A stretch of DNA of 64,000 nt from Chrysomallon squamiferum (Eukaryota; Animalia; Mollusca): positions 12,772,001-12,836,000 of the forward strand of contig CM022678.1 of NCBI GenBank assembly GCA_012295275.1. The letters are read 5' to 3'. Below, piece by piece: positions 46,973 through 63,000 of this stretch (positions within the stretch are counted from its first letter, which is position 1; the number at the start of each line of letters is the position of its first letter). Made by a program: the position numbers and the translations under genes. The notes below the pieces were generated by a model. It was not told the DNA's origin, searched no databases, and saw only the letters and a list, made by a program, of their open reading frames with translations.

Positions 46973-47772
46973 TCTACCAAAATTTTGTGCCAAAATTTTG
47001 TGCCAATACAGTGATAAATTTGTTTATATATATATATATATATTTTGGGACAATTGTCATAAAATGTGACGGTAAAAGAATTTACATGCTACACCGATCT
47101 ATCTGACTGGTATTACAAAACGTTAACTACAACATAAATGCCAATGTGGCGGAACAAATTAACATTAAAGCAATTCAAGAGATTTTGGCGACGTTCAATA
47201 ATATAATGTTTTATATGTTAATATTTAACACAAGTGGAGGAAGTTTCAATCACACATGCTATTTTAGAAGCTAAAAGTAAACTGACGCGTCACGGTATTT
47301 ACATCGTTTTGATTTTTTGTTTTCGTATATAATAAATAATTAATATAATAATAATTCCGTGTTCACAACTTCATGTTAATGGTTGTATTTTAGTATAAGT
47401 ACATACACAAGTATATAGTTAAACATAACATTTTCGATAGTCCGTGTAAATGTTTTTGGTTAAAGTTTGATTTCAGCCTAGTAGACGGAACAGCTGAGCT
47501 TGCAATTTCATCTTGCTCATTTGTTACAGAGCTGAGAGAGCAGATCTAAGACGTCATATCACTGGTTTACCAAAGGCTGCAGAATAATTATGCTGTCATA
47601 TGTATGCTTATAAAAGATAATTAAACAGTAATATATTCTTTTGTTTTGCTTACAACCATAATAATCGTAAGTGTATCAAATTAGTTAAGATGTTTACAAA
47701 TCACTGTAATGACTGTTATTAGTTGATGCTGTTTTGCTACATATTTATTTTATTTTATTTTATTTTATTTTA

Positions 47773-47868
<96 letters not shown>

Positions 47869-47990
47869 TTTTTGACAGGTCTGAAATGGTGCTGTACAAC
47901 AGATCCTAAGAAACAAAACTGATCTTCATGTGTCAAGTCTTGAAAGTTTAAAAATGAGTAGTACGGTACTGAAACATGTTTAAAATGTGA

Positions 47991-48657
<667 letters not shown>

Positions 48658-51025
48658 AAGTCTGTTATGTATTTTAAATGGATGCAGATTTTATTTAATT
48701 TATGTATAATTTAATATATGTGTTCAAGTGTGTGTGTGTGTGTGTGGGATAAATTTAATTTCTTAAAAATTATTTAACTTTATATTTATAATAATAATAA
48801 AAAAATAATATAAAATGTTTAATTGTGATATTATAAAAATAATATATAATATTTTTATTTTATATTAACATTATAAGTGTTTAATAAACAAATAGTGAAA
48901 TACATTTTAAAGCTGTTTTCGGTTATAATCAGACACCAGTGGTGTATTGCATCAATTTACATTTATGAAAATTTTATTCAGAAACACTGAATTGAGAGTT
49001 GAAGGGTAATTCAAACAACTGACAACATGAACTGTTCACATATTACAATTTTAAACTAATTCTGATAAACTTAATTGTGCAGCACTGCTTGAAAATCTCC
49101 ATCAGACTCAATCAGTAGTCTTCACTGTGAAGAATTTATATCTATCTATCTATCCATCTATATAGCTTTGTCTTATGGAATGTTATGATTCATTCTTATT
49201 CTTCAGTATCTTACTGATATTTCATCTTAAAAGTACTTTATATATATATATATTTTTTATTTTGACAATTTTGTTATTGTTTCTTAATACCCAGTCAGGC
49301 TTTATTTTATTTTATTTTTTAACAAGTATTTCATTTTGAGCTCTTATTGATGTTTTTTTTTTTTTTTTTAAATTTAATTTTTATTATTATTTTACCTGCA
49401 TGTTCAGTTTCTTATTGATCTCACTTCTTGTTTCTTTATCTTCACTTTGTATTCATAATGGTTTTTTTTTTTTTCAAATTATATATACTTAATTATTATA
49501 TATAATTTTAATGACTACTATTTAATGGCATTACGAGTACAGCTTCATCTTTATTATTTATAGAAATGTTATTAATCTTGTCATGTTACTGCACCAGAGG
49601 TGATGATTGTCTAAATATTAGTCATGTATTTTTGTCATGTAACCAAAAAAACTGAGATATAAAAAGAAAATAAAGCAACAATACACACATGCCTAATTTA
49701 CCCTCAGACCAACCACATCACTTTATAGTTTTATGACTCCAGCTGAACCCATCTTTCTCCAACTGCCTCATCCACAGTCAAACATAATGAAGTGATAGCA
49801 TGCTTACAAGCATATTAGTATCAATCATGATTTGTGGTAATATTCTGAAAGGATCAGACTTGGCAAGCTCATATTACAATAAATTCTGTCAGTAATAGCA
49901 CATTGCTGGGATATGTGGAAGTTTGTGGCAACAAATCAGGTAGGACAGCCACAGAGTTTTAAAGTCCTGGAGCTTTTCCAGATTTTGAGTCACCATGGCA
50001 AGTTTGGAAGGCAACAATGGCACTTTGCATAGATGCCACAGTAAAATGTGAAGCTTTTATAACATTTTTATATCTCTTTCTTCTTCTTCTGGTTCTTGTT
50101 TGTTTTTATTCATCATTCAGATTTTTAAATTAACTAATAATAAAATAATAAAAATAATAAAAATAAAATATACATATTCATATTTGGCAGTAACTGACAG
50201 ATCATTAACTTCTTAGTACCATAATTACTACTTTAAAAAAAACAAAAAAAAAAAAATTATTTCTATTTTAAGATCTTTCCTGTGATAATAAGAATAAAAT
50301 CAGTCTAACTTAATTTTTTTTTTCACATTACTGTAGTTTGTTTTTGCTCATTAGTTTTTCTTTTACCAAGAAACATAACTTGAATATTATTTTTATTGTT
50401 ATTTTAAAATTTAGCAGTTAATATCAATTTTCGAAAGACTTTTCCTTTAAATGTAAAGCTTATCTATAAATAATAACAATTCATTGTCATATAATCAATA
50501 TTTAAACATTTCAATTTGTTTAAATTTTTATTTATTTTTTTTTTTTATAGATTTTTATGTTACTTATAATGCAACATTTTCCAAATCCTTCCCAGTTTTA
50601 TTTTCAAATCAAAATTAAAATAAGATGATTAGGGACAACAACTGATATATTCAAAACGTATATTTATTGATCATAATGAAGAATAAATAATAATAAATCA
50701 GTAAAGTACTAAAAATGCTAAACATAACAATATACAACTTGGATATAGTTTAAAAATTCTTTATAACAGAAAATCTGGTTATTTTCTTCTTTCTCTTTTA
50801 ATTTTCATTTCTACTGAAACAAATTTCATGCATATATAAAAAGAAGCTTCGTCTGAATTTAGACAGAAATAAACAAAACAAGAAAAATCTTTTAATATTT
50901 AATTATTAGGAAACAACAAAAGCTGTACAAGTTTTGTTCTGCTTCTAACAATGTTTAAGCAAGAATCTTAAGAACTAATTTTTGTAATTCAAAAATAAAA
51001 GAACATTTTTAATTATTTAAATCTT

Positions 51026-52422
51026 TATAATATTTTATCTTATTCAATTACTGTAAAAGTCACCATTTCTACAGATGAAAATTACATGATAAAGAAAAAT
51101 TAAAATAAAATATTAAAAGATGCAAATGAGGGTATTAATAAGAAAAAAGTAAATAAACAAAATAACAATAATAATAGAAAAAGAAATGAAGAAAGAAGGA
51201 AACAAAGAAAAATAAAAATTAAAGTAAGAAATGAGTCCTAACACTAACAGTATCAGTATCATGACCATTAATTTATGAATTGTACCTTTATTACATTTTC
51301 ATTTTTAGTTAGTTCAACTACGTGTTAATAATGTAACAAATTGTTTGTTACATTATTCTTGTTTTAATTATTATTACTGCTTAAAGAACTATTTGGGAAA
51401 TTTGGCAACAGTCACGATGGTAACTAAATATTTTGTCAAGATATGGTCTAAATATCAAGTCTAAATATCAAGTTTATTTATTGTTCATTTACTATCAGTA
51501 GGTATATGTCAATAAATGTATACAAGCGTTAAAAGAACAAACTGCAGGAAAATATTAAAAATCCTTTCGAAAACCGATTTGAATTACGGATTACATTTTG
51601 ATTATAAAGTTTAAGATTACAAAATAAAAGGTTCAAATACTGAGCTGTCAAGGGTGTAATTATGCAATAAATGTTCACATTCTGTTGACTTATAGTGTTA
51701 AATGAAATCATAAATTAATATTTCAGTTTTTTCACTATTTGTAACTTCTTTCGTTTTAACTAATTTTAAGTACAAATTTAACTATCTTAAACTAATAACA
51801 GTAGGAAAATGCATCAAAATTAAAGTGACTCAGGACAGTAACAGATAAAATTTTGAAAAACAAACTAACAACCCCCAAAACCACTAATTTTCAGTTATAT
51901 GTCTTTCGCATCTATTTTGTTATTTAAAATTAAATTTAAACCATTCAATTCGTCCGCCATTTACCACAGCAAAGATGCGCGCGCACCTGTACGGTGTTAA
52001 CCATATTTAAATACCATAAATATTCGTACACATATTTATAATATACTCTCAAATGACAAATTCTTTAAACCACAGTTTCAGTTCATTATAAGCTATGAAT
52101 GAACAAACCACTGTAGAGCCACCAGAAAAACCCTTGAAGCTAGGAAATTATATTTTATTTTTGTTATATCTAAAGATGTTAATAACAATATACACACGCC
52201 ATATTTGCAACTTGTTCATTGAGAAAAAAGACAAAGAGAACCTTTGGGATGAAGAAATGATCGCAAATTATTAATGACTGTATTACGTTCTATTCATATT
52301 CTTCATTTAAAAATATTTCTCTACAGAACAAGTATTTAAACATTTTCATGTTATATATAATTCTTTTCCTAGCTTTCTCATTTTGTGCATTCAATTGGTA
52401 TCACTTTTACTTTATATCCTTA

Positions 52423-52477
<55 letters not shown>

Positions 52478-55400
52478 GTTGTTGTTGTTGTTGTTGTTTT
52501 TGCGAGGATTTTTTGCCATAACTTTTTATATCTGCATATTTGATTTTGTTTTTTTTCTGAACAATCTTAATTTATAATTAGTAATGAATTTACTAAAAGC
52601 TACGCATAAACATATATATTTGTGGGCTATTTGTCGTAGCAGTAAAAGAATCACGGTAAAAGAATTTACATGCTACACCGGTCTATTTGACTGGTATTAC
52701 AAAACGTTGACTTCAACATTAATGCTAATGTGGCGGAACAAATTAACATTAAAGCAAATCAAGAGACTTTGACGCCGTTATTACTGACGCCGTTATTACT
52801 ATAATGTTGTATTTGTTGATATTTAACATAATAGGGGAATTACTGTCATATATGAGCCTATTGTAGAAGCTAAAAGTTAACTGACACGACACGGTATTTA
52901 CATCGTTTCCTTTGGTTTCCTGTTGCAGTGTTTTTTTGTTGTTTTTGACAAATATTATATTCTGAGTTCACAACTTCATGTTAAACTATAGCAGTATAGA
53001 TAAGGACCTACACAAGTATATAGTTAAACATAACATTTTCGTCTATATGTTTTTTAGTAAAATATGATTTCAGCATAGCAGATACACAGCTGAGCTTGCA
53101 ATTTCATCTTGCTCATTTGTTACAAAAATGAGTGCAGATCTGAGACGTCACATGGCTGGTTTATAAAAGCGCTGCATAATATATTGTCATATGTGTGCTT
53201 ATAAAAGATAATTAAACAGTAATATATTCTTTAGTTTTGCTTACAACCATAATAATCGTTAGTGTATCAAATTAGTTGTTTACAAACCACTGTAATGACT
53301 GTTATTAGTTAATGTTATCTTGCTCCAGTGATATTTTATTTCACTTTTTTTTTTTTGACAGGTCTGAAATGTTGCTGTATATAGCAGTAATTGATCCTAA
53401 GAAACACAACCTAATCTATATCTATCAAGTCTTGAGAATTGAAAAATAAGTAGTACTGAAACATGTTTAAAATGTGAACTTTGATAAAAATGGTTTCACA
53501 AATGGAAATCTTTAAAGATGTGGCATTTCGTACTCGTGAGAAACGTTTCAAATGTGAGGTTTGTTCAAAACGCTTTTCACATGGGAAGGATCTGAGAAGA
53601 CACACGAGAGTACATACTGGTGAAAAACCTTTTAAATGTGATGTTTGTGGGAAATGTTTTTCACTGAAGGGAAGTCTGCAGAGACATGCAGTTATTCACA
53701 CTGGTGACAAACCATTCACGTGTGATATTTGCCACAAATGTTTTTCAAAAAATGAACATTTTAAAAGGCATATGAGAGTACATACTGGTGAAAAACCTTT
53801 TAAATGTGAAGTTTGTGGAAAATGTTTTCCAAGAAAAGATCACCTAAAAATTCATATTCGAATTCACACTGGTGAAAAACCTTTCAAATGTGAGGAATGT
53901 TCCAAATGTTTTTCAGAACAAAGTAATCTACAAATTCATTTGAGAATTCATTCTGCTGAAAAATCTTTTAAATGTGGCATTTGTGAAAAATGTTTTACAC
54001 AAAGTCATTATCTCAAAATCCACATGAAGCTACACATCGGGGAAAAACCATACAAATGTGGAATTTGTAAGAAATGTTTTACACTAAGTCATTACCTTAA
54101 AAGTCATATGAAAATTCATACAGGTGAAAGACCATATAAATGTGATGTGTGTACAAAATGTTTTTCACGACAGGCAATTCTGCGAGATCATATGATGATT
54201 CATACAGGACTGAAGCCTTTTAAATGTGATGTTTGTACAAAACGTTTTTCACGAGGACCTCATCTTACCAGACACATGAAGCTTCATTTGGGTGACAACA
54301 TTTTTAAATGTGAGATTTGTTCTAAAATGTTTTCACGGATTAAAGATCTGAATGGTCATTCCAAAATTCATGTGAATGAGCTTAATAATCATATGAAAAT
54401 ATACACTGGTTAGAAATCTGTTATGTATTTTAAATGAAGGCAGAATCTACATTTTATTTTATATATATATATATATAATTTTATATATCTGCAAGTGTGC
54501 ATGTGTGTGTGTGTGTGTATGTGTGTGTGTGTGTGTAAATGAAATTTGTAAAATATTTATTTAACATATTTATAATAATAATAAGGAAATAATATGGAAT
54601 TTTTAATTGTAAAAATTATATATAGTTTTATTTTATATTAACATTATAAATGTTTAATAAACAAATATATTTTAAAGCTGTTTTCTGTTATACTTAGAGA
54701 CCAGTGGTGTATTGCATCAATTTATATTTATGAAAACTTTATTCAGAAACACTGAATTGAGAGTTGAAGGGTAATTCAAACAACTGACAACATGAACTGT
54801 TCACATATTACAATTTTAAACTAATTCTGATAAACTTAATTGTGCAGCACCGCTAGAATATTCCATTAAACTCAATAAAGAGTTCTCTGTAAACAAGAAT
54901 ATAATATATATTTGTTATGTTTTTAAACAGGGCTAAATTTTAAGGGAACAGGCTATTCATAAGAGATGATAATGTCTGTTACAGTACTTCTTTACACTTC
55001 TTATTAATTTTTCTTATTCATCCTGTATTTAACGTTTTATTATTTCTACTAAAATAGTGCTGTACTTTATTTAGGTTCTCCATTCTTGCTGTTATTATTC
55101 ATTTTTTGATCTTGATCATTTTAATATTAAATGTATTAATTTTTCATCTTAAAAGTCTTTTTTATATACAATTTATTTTTTATTTTGAGCATATTCTTAT
55201 TGTTTCTTAATACCCAGTCTTGCTTTCTTTTCTTTTTCTTTTCTTTTTTGACAAGTATTTCATGCTGAGCACTTTTATTAATCTTGTTACGTTACTGCAC
55301 CACAGCTGATAATTGTCTAAATATTACCTCAGATTTTTGTCATGTAACTAAAAAAACAGATATATAAAGAAAATAACAGTAACAATACACACATTCCTAA

Positions 55401-56760
55401 TTTACCCTCAAACAGACCAACCACATCACTTTATAGTTTTATGACTCCAGCTGAACCCATTGTTCTCCAACTGCCTCATCCAGAGTCAAACATAATGAAG
55501 TGATAGCATGCTTACATCATGTAAATATTAATTATAAGTCTATTAGTATCAAGCATGATTTATTGTAATATTCTCTAGGGCTCACACTTTGCAAGTGTAT
55601 ATCAGTAAACAGTAAATCGGTGGAATTTATGAAAGTTCACGGAGAGAGCCACAGAGTTTTGTTGTCATGGAGCTCATCCAAATCTTGAGGCACTATGGCA
55701 ACTCTGGAAGGCATCAATGGACTTTGCATATGTGCAAAGTATGAAGCATTTATAATATTTTTATATCTTCTTGTTCTTCTTCGTTTTTATTCTTCATTTT
55801 TGTTTGTTATTTCTTCAGTGTTCTTGTTTCTTAATGATTACTTTGCCAGTCTACCAGAAAATGGTAATAGCTGAACCTATACATTTAAATTAAATTATAA
55901 TTTTACATTAAGTAATAATAATAATAATAATAAATGTATATATGTTCATATCCTTGGCAGGAACTGGCATGTCATTAACTTCTTAATACCATTTTAAAGA
56001 ACTGATGTCATATTTTTAAAATTATTTAAAAAAAATTTCAAGCTCTTTCTGTCGATATGAATAAAAATAAAATCGGACTAACTTAAAAAAATTTCCTGAC
56101 ATACTGCTGTTTTTACCAAGAAACTGAAAATGAATTTTAATACAATTTTTATTTTGTTATTTATTTTTAAATTTACAATTTCATATTGATTTTCTAAAGA
56201 CTTCTTTGGCATGTAAAGCTTATCTATAAATAATAATAATAATAATTGAGTCTGATATATTTAATACTTATTTTTTTTTCATCAAATATGTTTTTATTTT
56301 GAGTTTTCTATTAGCCATTATAATGCAACATTTTGCATATCCTTTCTGGTTTTATTTTCAAAACAGAATTAAAATAAGATGATTAGGGACAACAAACAAC
56401 TGATATATTCAAAAGGTACATTTATTGATCATAATGAAGAATAAATAATAATAAATCGGTAAAGTACTAAAAATGCTAAACATAACTTAACAAGATGGCA
56501 TACAACTTGGATGTAGTTTGAAAATTCTTTATGACAAAGAAAATCCGGTTATTTTCTTCTTTTAATTTGCATTTCTACTGTAACAGATTTCATGCATATC
56601 TAAAAAGAGGTTTCAACTAAATTTGGACAGAAATAAACCAAACAAGAATCTTTTCAAAATATCTTAATTATTTGGAAACAAAAGCTGTACAATATCTAAA
56701 AAAAAAGCTTAAGAAATAATTTTTGTAATGGAAATATAATATTTTTAGTTTTTAAAATAA
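51026..56760. repeat. Tandem segmental duplication, copy B (orphan PASK exon 1 and promoter, intact ZNF)
   Basis: Homologous to 44620-51025. It lacks about 950 bp corresponding to about 45820-46770 and carries an extra approximately 170 bp at about 52210-52380. Confidence 0.9.
53490..54413 (+). CDS. Kruppel-type C2H2 zinc-finger protein, 10 tandem fingers, 307 aa, single coding exon
   Basis: Ten CX2CX12HX3H repeats with HTGEKPF-type linkers. ATG at 53490, TAG ending at 54413. An upstream acceptor (tttttgacag, 53360-53361) implies a non-coding 5' exon. Confidence 0.93.
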   Translation: MVSQMEIFKDVAFRTREKRFKCEVCSKRFSHGKDLRRHTRVHTGEKPFKCDVCGKCFSLKGSLQRHAVIHTGDKPFTCDICHKCFSKNEHFKRHMRVHTGEKPFKCEVCGKCFPRKDHLKIHIRIHTGEKPFKCEECSKCFSEQSNLQIHLRIHSAEKSFKCGICEKCFTQSHYLKIHMKLHIGEKPYKCGICKKCFTLSHYLKSHMKIHTGERPYKCDVCTKCFSRQAILRDHMMIHTGLKPFKCDVCTKRFSRGPHLTRHMKLHLGDNIFKCEICSKMFSRIKDLNGHSKIHVNELNNHMKIYTG

Positions 56761-58525
56761 ATAATGCATCAAAATTTTATAAGAACAATTAGCTTCATAA
56801 TTCATTAAATAAATTTTGTGAATATAATGGACAAACCTTCTTCATAAACAATGAAAAACAGAAAATTATGACTTATTTACTTTTATTCCAATTGTTAGAT
56901 ACATAATATATTTGAGATAAATTATATTAAAACAAAATTTAGGATAATTGTTAATATTTCTTTCATAAGTTAGTTTTATACATCAGTATGTTATCCTTCC
57001 TAACACTGTATATTTCTAAAAGCAATGTATAAAGACTAGTCTGTAGATGTTAAGTATTATATAAATGACTACTTCAAAAAATTAACTCTTATTCTATAAA
57101 TAAATAAAGATCTACTACATACTATTAATATATTACTCTAGTAATTTATATTTATAAATGTATAACAGTATAAGTTTATAAATTTTAATTATTTGGAAAC
57201 AAAAGCTGTACAATATCTAAAGCAAAAGCTTAAGAAATAATTTTTTGTATAATTTTTGTACAGTAAAATGATAAGTTTGCAACTATGTCGTTTATTTCAA
57301 AAGCATCAAAAGAAATGCATAATTTATGAATCCAAGTCATTTTTTCAGCTGACTAAACTGCAAACAGCTGATTTCCTGTTAAAACTTCTATATTTGAAAT
57401 TAATGTCAACATTCAGTGTTTTAAAGAATTACTATTTTACCAAGATTTTTCTCAACTCTCTGTCTCTGCTGAATACTGAAACAATTTTTTCTAGCTGAAT
57501 AAAAAAACAAGCAGCTGAATTCTTGTTAATGCTGTTCTATTCAATATTAATGGCTGCATGTCAAGATTCAGTGTTTTAGAAATGTAGAACTGACTCTTTT
57601 ACTAAGATATTCTCTATACTGAATAGTGTGAAAACTCATCAGCTACATTAAAAACAAATCTCTAGAAATAAAACTAAGAGCTGAAAACAAAGGTTTATTC
57701 AGACTTGTACAATTCATCAAAGTAATCAAGATGACTGAGGTTTCAACATTAGATGGTTGTTCTTATGTATAGAATTATTCGTAAATCTCATAATTGAAAA
57801 GATTTTATGTTTTAATGGTGACAGTGATGTTATGTTTGTTACAAGTATTGTAAAGATTTTATGTTTTAATGGTGATATTGATGTTTTCCCATACAGTAAT
57901 CATCAATGGTAAAATGTTGGAAGACAAGTGACCAGTTAGATGTTTTAGTAAAGAATTTTGAAAATCTTATTTTGGATATTCCTATAAATGAGGGCATGTG
58001 CATGCAATTTGTTTCTAAATTTACATGTAACTTTTTAGTCATGCAAAAAATATACACAATATTTATGTTTCAATTTCATTTCTATGATCATCATCATCAT
58101 CGTCATTATTATTATGCAATAAACCCACAGTTTTAATATGATAGTTAAAAATGCTGTCATTTTATTTATTGAAAAATCATAATATGGAATACTGCTTATA
58201 TTAAATACAGGTTGGCACATGTTCATATACAAACAAACACTTTTTACTTTTTTGTTTGGAAAATTAAATTTGATACACACTGACAACAGATAATATTATG
58301 AACAAATAATAATAGTAATAATAAGAAGAAAATAACAGTAATAATAATAACAGTCTCTTATGGCCACATTTGTTTTTTCTATAAGTAACATTTTGACTGA
58401 CTTCTCAGACTGACAAGCTGATATTGAACTAATCCAGTATTATTATCCAAGATGATAATGACAGTGATCCAGTGTAATGATCCAAGTTCACAGTGACACT
58501 GGTCCAGTGTGATAATCCAAGCTGA

Positions 58526-59947
58526 TTAACTCATATCATACTTGCTAGTCACTGTGTTTGATATTAGCAGGACTGATAAAACAACCATTAAAAACTGAAA
58601 AGAGAAATCAATGTATTACCACTTTCTTATATGGCATATCCTTACATCATTTTTTTATTATGATCCTGAATATTGAATTGGGCAGTGAGAAGCATTTTAG
58701 GGTTTTGAATTATGATTACTTCCCTTGTAAGTTTAATCTGGATATCACACTTATAATAGCCTGTATGGCTGGATAGTTCTAGTTGAATATCAAATCAGAA
58801 TTTCAGATCTTGCTCAAAAATGATTTAAATACAGATCTGCTTGCTTGCTCAGAGTAATGTGCAGACTCATTTATGATAACTTAACAATTGTTGTTAAAAT
58901 GTTTGTAATAAAATTGGTTACGAATGTCAAACTGATTGTAAAAGAAAACGAAATACAGTACATATGGACAGTTCTGGATAAGTTTTTATTTTTTATTTTT
59001 TATTTTATTTTTTTTTTTTTGAGACCCTGAAACTTGAACTATTACAGAGAACATTTGTTAATAAATAATTCTAGTTATTTCACAGTGACTGCTCCATCAA
59101 AGGTCATGGTATGTGCTATCCTGCTTTTTATCAAAGATGGAAAAAAAAAAATCCTTTTCTGATAACTAGCTCATGGAAAAGCTTGAACAGGATTACATTC
59201 ATCATGTTCAGCCCCGGTAATTAATGTTTATAAATGTTTACCTGTAATCCTAGTATTGATGTCCCTAATCCAATAATTACACCTTGATAGTTGATAAACA
59301 GCTGTTCGATGTGGCTTTTACAACCCTGAAATTAAAGTATATTATGACTGTTAAAAAAAGACAACCCTGGAACAGTTATTTTCAGATGCACGAAATGTAT
59401 ATAGTGTAATTATAACTCAATACATTGTGTCTACTTAAAAATGATTGTTTCTTTGTTCCCAACCTTTGTTATTAATAAAGTTTGATAGTACAAAGGAGCT
59501 TCCCTAATTTTGTATGTATGATCATTATATAACTTGTTTTTCTTTAATGCTGTAAAGTTATTAAGGTTTTATCAGTTGTAAAATATAGATTTGTTTATTT
59601 TTTAAACATAAAAGTTTACATAATTTTAAAATGAAAAAGGCAAATTTTTATTTACTTTATTAATATTTTTTTATTTTAAATATAACTGCATTTGAAAGCT
59701 AATTATTTCAAAACATGATAGTTTTCTTCTTTGTAAAGTTCATGAATTTGAATAATCTCATTTTCACCTGTTTTATATTTGAATTGTCAACAGAGGGCGC
59801 TGTGACACATTTATTAGTTTCCGTTTTGTTGGAGGATTTGCAGCACGTTTCTGGTATTTTAGCCTCTCCTACTTCCGGTATGGTTCGATTCCATTGACTT
59901 TCAGTCAAGTCAAAATCTGTCCCGTTCTTCCAGCCACAACATTTTTG
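58526..59947 (-). CDS. Tetraspanin, last three coding exons (large extracellular loop, TM4, C-terminal tail); 5' part lies beyond the window
   Basis: Exon 59947-59768: QKCCGWKNGTDF...IPETCC...NKC, with the CCG and PxxCC motifs. Exon 59325-59242: GCKSHIEQLFINYQGVIIGLGTSILGLQ. Exon 58594-58526: FLMVVLSVLLISNTVTSKYDMS*. All junctions are phase-0 GT-AG. Confidence 0.88.
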
Positions 59948-60065
59948 CTGAAATAGGTAGGTAGATTTATTTATTTATTTATTTTAAATTAAATTTAAAC
60001 AGTGAAAATTATACTTCCTTCCATTAGTGACTAAAGCAAGAGGTGTGACAGCTAATGGACTTTTG

Positions 60066-63000
60066 TTTATAATAATACGTCTGACATTCAAGTGTCATCC
60101 TTCCAACTAAACTTGTTAATAATAATACGTCTCACAGTCACGTTCCATCCTTCCAGCTACACTTCTAAATAATAATACATCTGACATTCACATGTCATCC
60201 TTCAAGCTAAACTTGTTAATAATAATACGTCTGACAATCACGTATCATCCTTCCAGCTACACTTCTAAATAATAATACATCTGACATTCATATGTCATCC
60301 TTGAAGCTAAACTTTTTAATAATAATACGTCTGACAGTCACGTTTCGTTCTCCCAGCTAAACTTGTTACAAATAGTACGTCTCACAGTCACATATCATCC
60401 TTCCAAATAAACTTGTTAATAATACATATCCTTGACAGTAACGTATCATCCTTCAAGCAACACTTGTTAATAATACATATCCCTGACAGTCACATATCAT
60501 CCTTCCACTAAACTTGTTAATAATAATACGTCTCACAGTCACGTTTCATCCTTCCAAATAAACTTATTAATAATGCATACGTCTGACAGTGATGTTTCAT
60601 CCTTCCAGTTAAACATGTTAATCATACATATCCCTGACAGTCACGTATGATCCTTCAACCGAAACTTCTTAATAATACATCTGACAGTGACGTATCATCC
60701 TTCCAAATAAACATGTTAATAATACATATCCTTCAGATTCACATATCATCCTTACAGCTAAACTTTTAAATAGTAATACATCTGACAGTCACGTATCATC
60801 TTTCGAAATAAACTTGTTAATAATAATACAGTCACGTATCATCCTTCCAAATAAACTTGTTAATGACACATATCCCTGAGAGTCACGTATCATCCTGGCA
60901 GCTAACCTTCTTACCTTCGTACATCTGACAGTCACGTTTCATACTTCCAGCTAAACTTGTTAATAATACATATCCCTGACAGTCACGGTTAATCCTTCAA
61001 GCTAAACTTGTTAATAATAATACGTCCGACAGTAAACTATAATCCTACCAGCTAAACTACTTAATAATAATACATTTGTCTGTCACGTATCATCCTTCCA
61101 AATAAACTTCTTAATAATATATATTCCTGACAGTGAGGTATCATCATTCCAGCTAAACTTGTTAATAATACATATTCCTGAGCGTCACGTATCATCATTC
61201 CAGCTAAACTTGTTAATAATACATCTGACAGTCACGTATCATAAACTTGTTAATAATACATATCCCTGAGACTCAGGAGTCATCCTTGTTAATAATAATA
61301 TATTTGACTGTCACGTATCATCCTTCCAAATAAACTTCTTAATAATACGTATTCCTGACAGTCAAGTATCATCATTCCAGCTAAACTTCTTAATAATACA
61401 TATCCCTGAGACACGAGAGTCATCCTTCCAGCTAAACTTGTTAATAATAATACATCTGACAGTCACTATCATCCTTCCAAAAAAACTTCTGACTAATACA
61501 TATCATTGAGAGTCGCTTTTCATCCTTCAACCTAAACTGGTTAATAATAATCTATCTGACAGTCACGTCTCATCCTTCCAAATAAACTTGTTAATAATAC
61601 ATATTCCTGACAGTCACGTATCATCCTTCCAAATAAACTTGTTAATAATACATATTCCGGACAGTCACGTATGATCACTTCAGCTAAACATGCTAATAAT
61701 ACATATCCTTGAGATTCGCGTATCATCCGTCCAGCTAAATTTGTTAATAATAATACATCTGACAGTCACCTATCATCCTTCCAAATCCACTTGTTAATAA
61801 TACATCTTCCTGACAGTCACGGATCATCCTTCCCTCTAAACTGATTAATATTAAATCATCTGACAGTCACCTATCATCCTTCCAAATAAACTTGTTAATA
61901 ATACATATTCCTGACAGTCACGTATCATCCTTCCAAATAAACTTGTTAATAATACATATTCCGGACAGTCACGTATGATCACTTCAGCTAAACATGCTAA
62001 TAATACATATCCTTGAGATTCGCGTATCATCCGTCCAGCTAAATTTGTTAATAATAATACATCTGACAGTCACCTATCATCCTTCCAAATCCACTTGTTA
62101 ATAATACATCTTCCTGACAGTCACGGATCATCCTTCCCTCTAAACTGATTAATATTAAATCATCTGACAGTCACCTATCATCCTTCCAAATAAACTTGTT
62201 AATAATACATATTCCTGACAGTCACGTATCATACTTCCAGCAAAACTGGTTAATAATAATAATACATCTGACAGTCACCTATCATCCTTCCAAATCCACT
62301 TGTTAATAATAAATCTTGACAGTCACGGATCATCCTTCCCTCTAAACTGATTAATATTAAATCATCTGACAGTCACCTATCATCCTTCCAAATAAACTTG
62401 TTAATAATACATATTCCTGACAGTCACGTATCATCCTTCCAAATAAACTTGTTAATAATACATATTCCTGACAGTCACGTATCATCCTTCCAAATAAACT
62501 TTTTAATAATACATATTCCTGACAGTCACGTATCATACTTCCAGCAAAACTGGTTAATAATAATAATACATCTGACAGTCACCTATCATCCTTCCAAATC
62601 CACTTGTTAATAATACATCTTCCTGACAGTCACGGATCATCCTTCCCTCTAAACTGATTAATATTAAATCATCTGACAGTCACCTATCATCCTTCCAAAT
62701 AAACTTGTTAATAATACATATTCCTGACAGTCACGTATCATACTTCCAGCAAAACTGGTTAATAATAATAATACATCTGACAGTCACCTATCATCCTTCC
62801 AAATAAACTTCTTAATAATACATATTCCTGACAGTCACGTATCATACTTCCATCAAGACTGCTTAATAATAATACATCTGACAGTCACCTATCATCCTTC
62901 CAAATAAACATTTTAATAATACATATTCCTGGCAGTCACGTATCATCCTTCCCCCTAAATTGGTTAATAATCTTACAGCTGACAGTCACGAATCATCCTA

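Noticed and set aside
49690-50050. GC-richer block present in both duplicate copies, possibly a LINE remnant or exon
   Set aside because: Hand translation gave no convincing reverse transcriptase or other motif; a Dfam or BLASTX search is needed.
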